Shown one piece after another: positions 20,328 through 28,542 of a DNA stretch of 49,523 nucleotides. Source of the DNA: an uncultured Maribellus sp. (GTDB taxonomy: Bacteria; Bacteroidota; Bacteroidia; Bacteroidales; Prolixibacteraceae); contig CAYWBV010000002.1 of NCBI GenBank assembly GCA_964455785.1, forward strand, positions 1 through 49,523, given 5' to 3'. A model generated the notes under the pieces. The model ran no database searches. It was given only the letters and a program-made list of their open reading frames with translations, and was not told where the DNA came from. Every line of letters starts with the position of its first letter. The first letter of the stretch is position 1. The position numbers were made by a program, and so were the translations under genes.

Positions 20328-21941
20328 ATGAAGTATTCAGCTTTTTTTCTCACTGCTTTGACATTATCAGGTTTCCTGAGTTGTTCTTCAGATAAAAGTT
20401 CGCACAGAGAGCCTGATCAGGTAAATGACCGCATGAATGTGTTGTTTATTTTGGCCGACGATTTGGGGAAACATGATCTGAGTTACACCGGAAGCAGGTA
20501 TTACGAGACGCCAAACATTGATCGTATTGCCAGCGGAGGAATGGTTTTTACCAACGGATATGCCGCCTGTCAGGTTTGCAGTCCTTCGCGGGCGAGTATC
20601 ATGTCGGGAAAAACGCCTGCCCGGCATGGCATAACAGACTGGATTGGAGCGCCTGCCGGTGCGGACTGGAGAAAGCAAAACCGGCACAACCAACTGTTGC
20701 CGCCGGAATATGTGCACGAGTTGCCTTGGGAATACATCACCTTGCCCGAAGCGATGAAGGAGGCAGGCTATAAAACCTTTTTCGCAGGGAAATGGCACCT
20801 CGGCGACAAGGGGTCATGGCCAGAAGATCATGGGTTCGATATCAACCGGGGAGGCTGGGACAAAGGCAGCCCGATTGGCGGCTATTTTTCTCCCTGGGAA
20901 AACCCGAACCTGGAAAACCGTGAGGACGGCGAAAATTTGTCGATGCGGCTGGCCAAAGAGACTATTCGGTTTTTACACGATTACAATCCGAATGAAACCG
21001 GCCAGCCTGTGTTTGCATTTCTTTCATTTTATGCTGTTCACGGTCCCATTGAAACTTCCGAAGAAAAATGGAAAGAATACCGCGACAAGGCAGAAAAAAT
21101 GGGGATTGCCCAAAACGGGTATAAAATGGGGCGTTTCCTTCCCATCCGCCAGGTGCAGGATAATCCTGTTTATGCGGGTTTGGTCGAAACTATGGACGAT
21201 GCGGTTGGATTGGTTTTAAAAGCACTGGATGAACTGGGTCTGGCAGAAAATACCATCGTTATTTTTACTTCGGATAACGGAGGCGTTGCTGCGGGCGATT
21301 CTTTTTCAACCTCGAACAAACCTCTCCGAGCAGGAAAAGGCTACCAGTTCGAGGGAGGCATCCGCGAACCTTATTTTATCAAAGTTCCCGGTTTGACAAA
21401 AGGCGGCGGAGTTTGCGATGTCCCGGTTTCCGGAGTCGATTTTTATCCGACTATCCTTGATTTGACCGGACAAACACTTCGCCAGCAGGAGCACGCTGAC
21501 GGTGTGAGCCTACTCCCTTTGTTGAAGGGGGAACGTATTGCTGAAAGACCATTGTTCTGGCATTATCCGCACTACGGAAACCAGGGCGGCGAACCTTCAT
21601 CGGTTGTCCGCGAAGGCGACTGGAAATTGATTTACTATTATGAGGATGGTCGGGAAGAATTGTACAACCTGAATACCGATCTTCAGGAAACGACTGATTT
21701 CGCGCAAAATTATCCGGGAAAAGTAAACGAGTTGCATACAAAATTGTTTGATTACCTCCGTGAAACCGGGGCTCGTTATCCTGAAAAAGACCCGGAGTAC
21801 AACCAGGAACTGGAAAAAAAACATCTTAAAAATGTTGAACAAGTTCAGCTTCAGAATTTGGAAAAACAGCGGATGAAAGTTCTTTCAGAAGACTTTGACC
21901 CCGGGAACAACTGGTGGGGAAGCAAAATAACCGGGGATTAG
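20328..21941 (+). CDS. Formylglycine-dependent (S1) sulfatase, lipoprotein
   Basis: NVLFILADDLG; CSPSRAS (CxPxR); GKWHLG; FTSDNGG; EGGIREP; lipobox FLSC. Confidence 0.96.
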   Translation: MKYSAFFLTALTLSGFLSCSSDKSSHREPDQVNDRMNVLFILADDLGKHDLSYTGSRYYETPNIDRIASGGMVFTNGYAACQVCSPSRASIMSGKTPARHGITDWIGAPAGADWRKQNRHNQLLPPEYVHELPWEYITLPEAMKEAGYKTFFAGKWHLGDKGSWPEDHGFDINRGGWDKGSPIGGYFSPWENPNLENREDGENLSMRLAKETIRFLHDYNPNETGQPVFAFLSFYAVHGPIETSEEKWKEYRDKAEKMGIAQNGYKMGRFLPIRQVQDNPVYAGLVETMDDAVGLVLKALDELGLAENTIVIFTSDNGGVAAGDSFSTSNKPLRAGKGYQFEGGIREPYFIKVPGLTKGGGVCDVPVSGVDFYPTILDLTGQTLRQQEHADGVSLLPLLKGERIAERPLFWHYPHYGNQGGEPSSVVREGDWKLIYYYEDGREELYNLNTDLQETTDFAQNYPGKVNELHTKLFDYLRETGARYPEKDPEYNQELEKKHLKNVEQVQLQNLEKQRMKVLSEDFDPGNNWWGSKITGD

Positions 21942-21974
21942 CGTATTTATTGTCAATTTTCAAAAAAAATACTT

Positions 21975-23540
21975 ATGAAATTATATCGTTTTGGCTGTAG
22001 GGTAGAAATCTTGCTCGTTCTGATTTTACCGGTGTTTTTTTTGGGTTTCGGTCGGGTTTCTGTTGATGCCGAACGAAAACCGGGGTCTCCTGAGAAACTG
22101 GTAGTAAGCAAACAGAATCCGCACCTTCTGGAGACAAAGAGTGGCGAGCCCGTCTTTCTAAATAACTTTACGGTTTGGCAGTTGCTGCGGAATGGCTCAA
22201 GGGAAGAGATCCGGGAATTTATCGGCATTTTGAAAGAAAACAAGTACAATGTTCTGTCGCTGATGATCCTGGATATTGATTTGGCCAGTCCCGGAAGAAA
22301 TTTTTATGGAGATATGGCTTTTAGTTTGGATGAAAAAGGTCGCCCGGATCCGCAAAGACCCATTGTTACAGAAGGCAACGACCCTGCCGTAGCAGAAGAG
22401 TATGACTTTTGGGACCACCTGGATTTTGTGGTTGAAACGGCTGAAGAGATGGGCATGTACATTAGCTTGCACCCCGCGTGGGGAGACTGGTTTTCGGGAA
22501 AATACAGCGGCGAGCCCGGTTCGATGACCATCTTCAACGCAGAAAATGCTTATCAATACGGTCTTTTGCTGGGAAACCGGTATAAAGAAAAACAACACAT
22601 CATCTGGATGCTTGGTGGCGACCGTTCGGCGGTTTATGATTCGAAGACACGCGGGGAAAGAAGTCAGGTTTATGATTACCGGCCTCTTTATCCGCCAATG
22701 GCTGAAGGACTGGCCGACGGAACGAACGGAATGACCGCAACATTTGACGGACAGGCAGATTACAGCAACATGCTCATTTCATATCATCCCCGGAAATGGG
22801 CCCCAAATTCGTCGGAGTGGTTTCATAACGAACCCTGGTTAACATTCAATTCCATTCAGGATACGCCGTATGACCAGTTTGTTTCGGTTCCCCACGACTA
22901 CAACCTTCAACCTGTCAAACCTACTTGGCTTTACGAAGGCCGTTACGAAAAGGCTATCACAGCCTGGGGGGTCAGATATCAGGCCTATCAAATCGCGTTT
23001 TCGGGGGCCTTTGGCCACACCTACGGAGCAGAAGAAATGTGGAGGTTTCCGGCCGGTTGGCGTAAATTAGTCGAATTGCCGGGAGCTAAGCAAATGAAAT
23101 ATCTATATCAGGTTGTGAGGATAATCTGGACAGATAAACAGTTTTTTCAGCGCATGCCCGATCAAAATTTGATTGCCGGAGATTGGGGACGAACGGTTGG
23201 CGACGGTATTACCACCAATGACGGCGACGGTGGGGGTAAGCAAAATATAAAAACAAATGGTACCTCCGACCGGATTACAGCCATGCGTGCAGACGACGGA
23301 AGTTGGGCAATGGTATATACGGCAAACGGCAGAGATATCAACCTTGATCTTTCCAAATTGTTAGGAAAAATGAATGCTTATTGGTTTAATCCCCGCAACG
23401 GGAAGTGGTGGGCTGATGGTTCTGAATCGGAAAAGATGGTTCCTTTCCTTAGAAAAATTGAGACAAGTACCGGATATTTTAGTTTCAACGCACCCGGAGT
23501 TCCGCAGGAAGAAAATGATTGGGTGTTGGTGCTTAGATAG
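21975..23540 (+). CDS. DUF4038 / GH140 (apiosidase)-like glycoside hydrolase with C-terminal collagen-binding-like domain
   Basis: FWDHLDFVV, YGLLLGNRY, IIWMLGGDR, SYHP, KPTWLYEGRYE, GHTYG, AYWFNPRNG...NDWVLVL. Confidence 0.8.
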   Translation: MKLYRFGCRVEILLVLILPVFFLGFGRVSVDAERKPGSPEKLVVSKQNPHLLETKSGEPVFLNNFTVWQLLRNGSREEIREFIGILKENKYNVLSLMILDIDLASPGRNFYGDMAFSLDEKGRPDPQRPIVTEGNDPAVAEEYDFWDHLDFVVETAEEMGMYISLHPAWGDWFSGKYSGEPGSMTIFNAENAYQYGLLLGNRYKEKQHIIWMLGGDRSAVYDSKTRGERSQVYDYRPLYPPMAEGLADGTNGMTATFDGQADYSNMLISYHPRKWAPNSSEWFHNEPWLTFNSIQDTPYDQFVSVPHDYNLQPVKPTWLYEGRYEKAITAWGVRYQAYQIAFSGAFGHTYGAEEMWRFPAGWRKLVELPGAKQMKYLYQVVRIIWTDKQFFQRMPDQNLIAGDWGRTVGDGITTNDGDGGGKQNIKTNGTSDRITAMRADDGSWAMVYTANGRDINLDLSKLLGKMNAYWFNPRNGKWWADGSESEKMVPFLRKIETSTGYFSFNAPGVPQEENDWVLVLR

Positions 23541-23561
23541 ATAAATTTTTTATGGTTTCCT

Positions 23562-23812
23562 AATCCGGACGGGTGGAAACCCTATCCGGGAGCCGGGAAA
23601 ATGAATCCGACTGGCCCAAAACTCAATCCGGACGGGTCAAGATCTTATCCGTTTTCAAAAAAACAGTAATCGGGGAGGGTCAGGAACCTATCCGGGAGGG
23701 TGGAAATCCTATCCGGGAAGGGAAATTTACCTATCCGACCGGGTGGAAACCCAATCCGGGAGGGTGAAGAACCTATCCGGACGGGTCAAAAGGTTACCCG
23801 ACCGGGGTCAAA
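23562..23812. repeat. Second 21-bp-period (T/A)ATCCG array (~12 units); 23562-23758 is the right copy of the 197-bp direct repeat
   Basis: Same units as 386-582, then different units aatccgggagggtgaagaacc, tatccggacgggtcaaaaggt, tacccgaccggggtc. Confidence 0.95.
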
Positions 23813-23869
23813 TCCCGATTAAATTCGGGACAAGCTACCCCGAACTGTTAGTCCCGATGGCTGTCGGGA
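23813..23869. repeat. Two REP-like palindromes tcccga-N6-tcggga
   Basis: tcccgattaaattcggga (23813-23830, followed by caagct) and tcccgatggctgtcggga (23852-23869). Confidence 0.7.
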
Positions 23870-24043
23870 TCAAGTTGGTTGCCCGTAACGACAGCGCTGG
23901 GAGTGATAACAAAACAGGACAAAAAACTGGCGTCGTCCGAAGATACAGTCATCATTTTGGAAATGAAAAAGATCTACAAAAACTGAAATTTTTGATACCG
24001 TTAGATAATATTTACAACGAAAATTTGATACCGGATTTTAAAA

Positions 24044-25282
24044 TTAATTGCTGGTGTAAGGTCCGTGAATATCCTTGATTTTAAAATTTTCTGTTGAATC
24101 GTCGAGGATATAAACGTTATAACTGTTCCCTCCGGGTGTTACCCGGATGACAGTATGTCCCTGCGTACTTTTTAGTTGACTAACCAATTGTTCGCCCAAA
24201 ACTTCTCTGTTGACGTCGAAGAGATGGGATGTAAAAATATCTCTTTCGGCGGCATAAATTTTACGCGACACCATATTCCGGAGCGCCGGAACATCAGGAT
24301 GGCTGAGCGCAAAACCCTGTATCACAAAAACCCGCGGGCGCACCGCCCGGATGAACCCTTCCCCCATCGCGTCTTTTGCGTGATGGTTTGCTTCGCATAC
24401 ATCGACGGCACCGGTAGCGAGTCCCACTGGCGTTTCGATATCCTTCCAGGTACCGGGGGAATAGGTATGAACGAGATCTCCACCATTGAAATAGTCAAAC
24501 TTTCCGTAAGAAATCCGGATGGCTGTGCTGAGTGCGTTTTCTTCTGGATACTCCTCTTTTGTTAGTTTATCTAAAGGGGGAAAATGACTGCGGGTATTGT
24601 TGTGTACACCTGTCCACACCTCTCCATTGGCGGCAATGTTCCTGATTTCAAACCCCGGGTATTGATCCGGTTGCCTCAGAAGTTTAAACTGCTGACTGGA
24701 ACCCACTTCGAACTGCTCAGCGATTACGCCGTTGGCAACATGCCAATTTACAAAACGGATGTAGTTTTGTACGTTGGGGCGGTTGGTCATTGGAGACGGA
24801 TAATCGTAGTCGGGCCAGTTGCGGTCAATAATCTTCGTAAATGGTATAAGGTCGCCTACTTCGGTAATACCCGTGAGGATGTAGTCTCCGTTGTCGGATT
24901 TTTTATTGCTTAGCCGCACGTTTCCCATGTGGTCGTCGTGAAAATGTGTCAGGAGAATATAATCCAGTTTTTTTTCGGGCAGCGGCCGCATCATACGAAG
25001 GATGTACCGGGATATCCACTCCCCGGAACTCCTGCTGCCGTCAGGTTTGAAATTGCGTTTATCTGTACCCGTTTCGCCGGCATCTATCATCATCGTGGTT
25101 CCATCGGGTAGGATGGCAAACACACATTCCCCCTTGCCGGTACTGATGTGGTGGATATCCAGATAACCAGGTGCCCAGTCCGGATATACATCGCCTGCTT
25201 TCCCCTGGGCACTTGCTACGACGGTAAAACAAGCCCATAGCGTAACTGTCAAAAACGAAAGCTTTTTTAATTTCATATCCAA
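24044..25282 (-). CDS. Secreted metallo-beta-lactamase-fold hydrolase (ComEC/Rec2-like soluble domain)
   Basis: Signal peptide; LDIHHISTGKG; MMIDAG; LTHFHDDH (HxHxDH); ENALS; GGD; ANHH. Confidence 0.88.
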   Translation of the reverse strand: MDMKLKKLSFLTVTLWACFTVVASAQGKAGDVYPDWAPGYLDIHHISTGKGECVFAILPDGTTMMIDAGETGTDKRNFKPDGSRSSGEWISRYILRMMRPLPEKKLDYILLTHFHDDHMGNVRLSNKKSDNGDYILTGITEVGDLIPFTKIIDRNWPDYDYPSPMTNRPNVQNYIRFVNWHVANGVIAEQFEVGSSQQFKLLRQPDQYPGFEIRNIAANGEVWTGVHNNTRSHFPPLDKLTKEEYPEENALSTAIRISYGKFDYFNGGDLVHTYSPGTWKDIETPVGLATGAVDVCEANHHAKDAMGEGFIRAVRPRVFVIQGFALSHPDVPALRNMVSRKIYAAERDIFTSHLFDVNREVLGEQLVSQLKSTQGHTVIRVTPGGNSYNVYILDDSTENFKIKDIHGPYTSN

Positions 25283-25288
25283 TAAGCT

Positions 25289-27091
25289 TTAATACCTAAG
25301 TCTCACCTTCCAACCCCTGCTCTCTGCGATGTTTCTATCACAGTCTCTTTCACCGGGATTGCCCCCAATGAATATTGTACCTGCGGCACCTCTGAAAAAA
25401 GTAGTAAATGTCGCATTCAATCCCTCAACTGTAAACCGATTGTCGGAGCAAACTGCATAGTTTAGTTCCGTATTTTTGCTGAAGTCCAACGTCGTTAATC
25501 GGTTTTCGTAACAATCCATCCGGTTTAATTTCGTATTCAGGTGAAGATCCAAATTGGTCAGTTGGTTTTGGGAACAATTCAACCTTGCCAGATTTGTGTT
25601 ATTGCTGATATCTAATTTCGTCAGGTTATTACGGTAACAATACAAATTCGTCAGTAGGGTATTTTTGTCGACGTTCAAATCCGTCAATTGATTTCCGTTG
25701 CACCACAACACCTTAAGCGCAGCATTTTTGCTTACATCCAGATAGTTTAGTTGATTATCGCTGCAATCCAGATAGGTCAATTCTGTATTTTTGCTTACGT
25801 CCAAATAGGTCAGATTATTGCCCTTGCAGTCCAGCGCCGTTATGTTTTCTCCATATACAGCGATGGTGCAGGTTGATGTACCTGCGTGGGTATGTTCAAC
25901 TTCTACACAACCGTCTTCGTCCAGCGTTACGACCTTTTTCTCCGACCCATCGCCCCAATCTACCGTTGCTTTGCCACTTCCGGATAAACTAAAAGCGACG
26001 TAACTACCGGTTTGTGCAGTCATATTGATCTTGCCGGGGCTCTCCCTTCTTTCCACGAACGAATTGGGATAGGAGACAAAAAACATCCGTTCTTTGCTGT
26101 GAGCAGGAGTCCAAATATCCAAATCGCGACTGTTATCGTAAAGTTTTAAAATCCACGAATCGAATTTGCGCTGTCCCTCATACAATTCTATAATCCGTGC
26201 CCCGGCTCCAAGTTCTCCATAAACCTGGCGTCCGCTCGTCTGTCCGAATGCCAGGCAAATGTCGTTTAAGCAACCGATGTAGTTATTGTTGTGCTGGTGT
26301 CCGGCAAACGTGCCCATTACATCTTTACAATCCAGCATTGCTGCAAATAAGTTTGAACGATTATTGGGTGAAGAATGGTAAACTTCAGATTGAAATCCAA
26401 CTGTGGTACTTTTCCCAACAACTTCATTATACTCTGGAAAAGGGATGTGGAAGAATGCCAGCGCCGGAAGTGGTGTTCCGCCGTTTTGTTTGGTAAATGC
26501 GGAGCTTTGGTTTTTATACCATTCTACCTGGCTGTCCTCTATCCACTCGTATATGCCCGAATGATTTTCGGGCGGGCGATTTGTCTCTGAAACATCGAAA
26601 ACATAACACAAGGCTGCCGTTTCCTTCGAATTTGAGGATTGTATGGGTAGTACGTAATTTCCTGCTCCGGCTACTTCCTGCGGGCCGCTCACGGTCAGGT
26701 TATAGGGCAATCCAGCAATAGCATCCATGGTTTGCTGCTTCGTCAGTTCATACTCTGCATCATGATTTCCGAACATGGCTGCCCATGGGGTTTTTGCGTC
26801 AATCATAACCTGCGCAACTTTCAACCAGGCTTTTTTTCTGTTATCTGAACCGACAACATCGCCGGTAAGCACCACCAAATCCGGTTTTTCCCGTTCAATT
26901 ACGGTTTTCATCATGACCAGTGCACTATCCGAACGATAAGAGTCGTATTGTATATGAATATCCGTAAACTGAACAATTTTGAACCTGGACTGGGAATTGA
27001 ATTTCAACAGGGGCTTTTCATTGTTTTGCGCCGTTGCTGAAAAAAAAGTAAAAAAAAGTATTGAAAGCAATAATCTAATATACATAATCAA
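25289..27091 (-). CDS. Secreted calcineurin-like (Dcr2-type) metallophosphoesterase fused to a DWGDG beta-domain and 21-aa leucine-rich repeats
   Basis: FKIVQFTDIH, LTGD, FGNHD, FFHIP, GHQH, GARIIEL; then VDWGDG and about 7 LxxLxCxxNxLxxLDxxxN repeats. Confidence 0.9.
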   Translation of the reverse strand: MIMYIRLLLSILFFTFFSATAQNNEKPLLKFNSQSRFKIVQFTDIHIQYDSYRSDSALVMMKTVIEREKPDLVVLTGDVVGSDNRKKAWLKVAQVMIDAKTPWAAMFGNHDAEYELTKQQTMDAIAGLPYNLTVSGPQEVAGAGNYVLPIQSSNSKETAALCYVFDVSETNRPPENHSGIYEWIEDSQVEWYKNQSSAFTKQNGGTPLPALAFFHIPFPEYNEVVGKSTTVGFQSEVYHSSPNNRSNLFAAMLDCKDVMGTFAGHQHNNNYIGCLNDICLAFGQTSGRQVYGELGAGARIIELYEGQRKFDSWILKLYDNSRDLDIWTPAHSKERMFFVSYPNSFVERRESPGKINMTAQTGSYVAFSLSGSGKATVDWGDGSEKKVVTLDEDGCVEVEHTHAGTSTCTIAVYGENITALDCKGNNLTYLDVSKNTELTYLDCSDNQLNYLDVSKNAALKVLWCNGNQLTDLNVDKNTLLTNLYCYRNNLTKLDISNNTNLARLNCSQNQLTNLDLHLNTKLNRMDCYENRLTTLDFSKNTELNYAVCSDNRFTVEGLNATFTTFFRGAAGTIFIGGNPGERDCDRNIAESRGWKVRLRY

Positions 27092-27128
27092 ATAATTTTA
27101 AATAAATGAGATATCCAATCCAAACAAT

Positions 27129-28349
27129 CTATTTTGATTTATATGAATACTGTGCAACTACAAACCGGTCTTCAGTCTGGTCGTTTAGAATGAAAATATC
27201 GTAGTTTTTCCCGTCTGGATAAACGCGCACAACAATATGCCCGTTTTTTGATTGATAATGATTGACCATATTTTCGCCCAGGTAACTCTCGTTAACCGGA
27301 TGAAGGAAGTTGGTAAAAAGATCGCGCTCGCCCGGATAAACGTACTGGCTCATGATCCGTCTTAATACTTCCTCTCCGGGATGACGGATCGTCCAGCTTT
27401 GACCAATCCAAACCCTGGGCTGTAAAGTACGGACATAAAACTCATTCTGCGAGTTGCGGTTACCATGATGATTAAGCGTTGCCACATCAACATTGCCAAT
27501 AACCGGAGCAGTAAGCGATTCCATACTCTCGGTATCAGGTGTTCCGGTGTGTCCGATGCCGGGAATGTCGGCTCCGGTATAAAAATCGAAAAGCCCGTAG
27601 CTGATGCGAATACCGGACGATAAGTCGTTTTCAGGTGGAAAATCACCTTCTTTGAATTTCCGAATTGCAACAGTGCTGTCAGAAACTGCAGCAATTATAC
27701 CATTTGAAAATAGATTCTTCACAACGAAACCGGGAAATTCCCCGGGGCTATTCTTCATTATTATCTGCGAATAAGTACCAACCCTGAACTTTTCGTATTG
27801 AAACCCTTTTTCCTTCTCCTGGTAGCTGATAAACTTCCGGTATTCTTCGAGTTGATTTACGCGACCTGTTTCACTGCCTTTTTCAGGCCGGCGAAAGTCT
27901 TCTCCACTGTCAATAAGTTTTTTAACAGGAATTATCGAACCTACTTCTGTAATTCCTGATAATTTGTAGCCACCCCCGGCATGTGTTTCCGACTGGGCTG
28001 AAAACGAGCCAATATGGTCGTTGTGATAATGGGTAATAAGCACATAATCCAGTTCGGCCTTTTTTCCTTTTGGATGAAACTGATGGATGTAGTCTGCAAT
28101 CCATTGGCCAGGCGTTTTAGACTGGTTTGGGACAGCAGGAGCCAGCCTTTCCGAATCGCTGTTCAAATCTCCGGCATCCACCAAAAGGCTTGTTCCGTCG
28201 GGCATCACGATAAAAGTTGAATTTCCCCTTCCGGTGCTGATAAAATGAATATCCAGATTCCCTTTTCCCCAAACCGGAAATTGATTGTTTTGTGCGGTTA
28301 AGGATGAAAAAATTGAAAAAACGGCTAAAAGGAATAATGTTACACGCAT
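27129..28349 (-). CDS. Secreted metallo-beta-lactamase-fold hydrolase, paralog of 24044-25282
   Basis: Signal peptide; LDIHFISTGRG; LLVDAG; ITHYHNDH; ENDLS; GAD; LNHHG. Confidence 0.88.
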   Translation of the reverse strand: MRVTLFLLAVFSIFSSLTAQNNQFPVWGKGNLDIHFISTGRGNSTFIVMPDGTSLLVDAGDLNSDSERLAPAVPNQSKTPGQWIADYIHQFHPKGKKAELDYVLITHYHNDHIGSFSAQSETHAGGGYKLSGITEVGSIIPVKKLIDSGEDFRRPEKGSETGRVNQLEEYRKFISYQEKEKGFQYEKFRVGTYSQIIMKNSPGEFPGFVVKNLFSNGIIAAVSDSTVAIRKFKEGDFPPENDLSSGIRISYGLFDFYTGADIPGIGHTGTPDTESMESLTAPVIGNVDVATLNHHGNRNSQNEFYVRTLQPRVWIGQSWTIRHPGEEVLRRIMSQYVYPGERDLFTNFLHPVNESYLGENMVNHYQSKNGHIVVRVYPDGKNYDIFILNDQTEDRFVVAQYSYKSK

Positions 28350-28451
28350 TTGTTCAGTCTTTGGAAAAGTTAAATAATATTCATAAAAATGATTCCAATA
28401 CTAAATCAGAACAAGTGACGAACCATTGCAGTACTGATTTATACTATTTTA

Positions 28452-28496
28452 AAGCCACTTTGAAAGTTACTGCAAATCAAACTTCCAAAGTGGCTT
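28452..28496 (-). terminator. Strong stem-loop downstream of susD (mRNA-stabilising or attenuating hairpin)
   Basis: 17-nt arms aagccactttgaaagtt / aacttccaaagtggctt; the one mismatch is G-U on the - strand transcript; no clear U-tract. Confidence 0.55.
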
Positions 28497-28542
28497 GTAA
28501 AAAGGTTCTCAGTTTGTAACGACTGAAGACCTGTATTGAAAC

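Noticed and set aside
386-23758. Diversity-generating retroelement TR/VR pair (the one mismatch is A versus G)
   Set aside because: A single mismatch is uninformative, neither copy lies in a credible gene, and no reverse transcriptase is in the window.
25440-25850. 63-bp periodic DNA similarity
   Set aside because: Fully explained by the 21-aa leucine-rich repeats of the encoded protein.
24044-28349. Calling the MBL genes comEC or beta-lactamase resistance genes
   Set aside because: No membrane competence domain is present, and the fold motif alone does not imply beta-lactamase activity.
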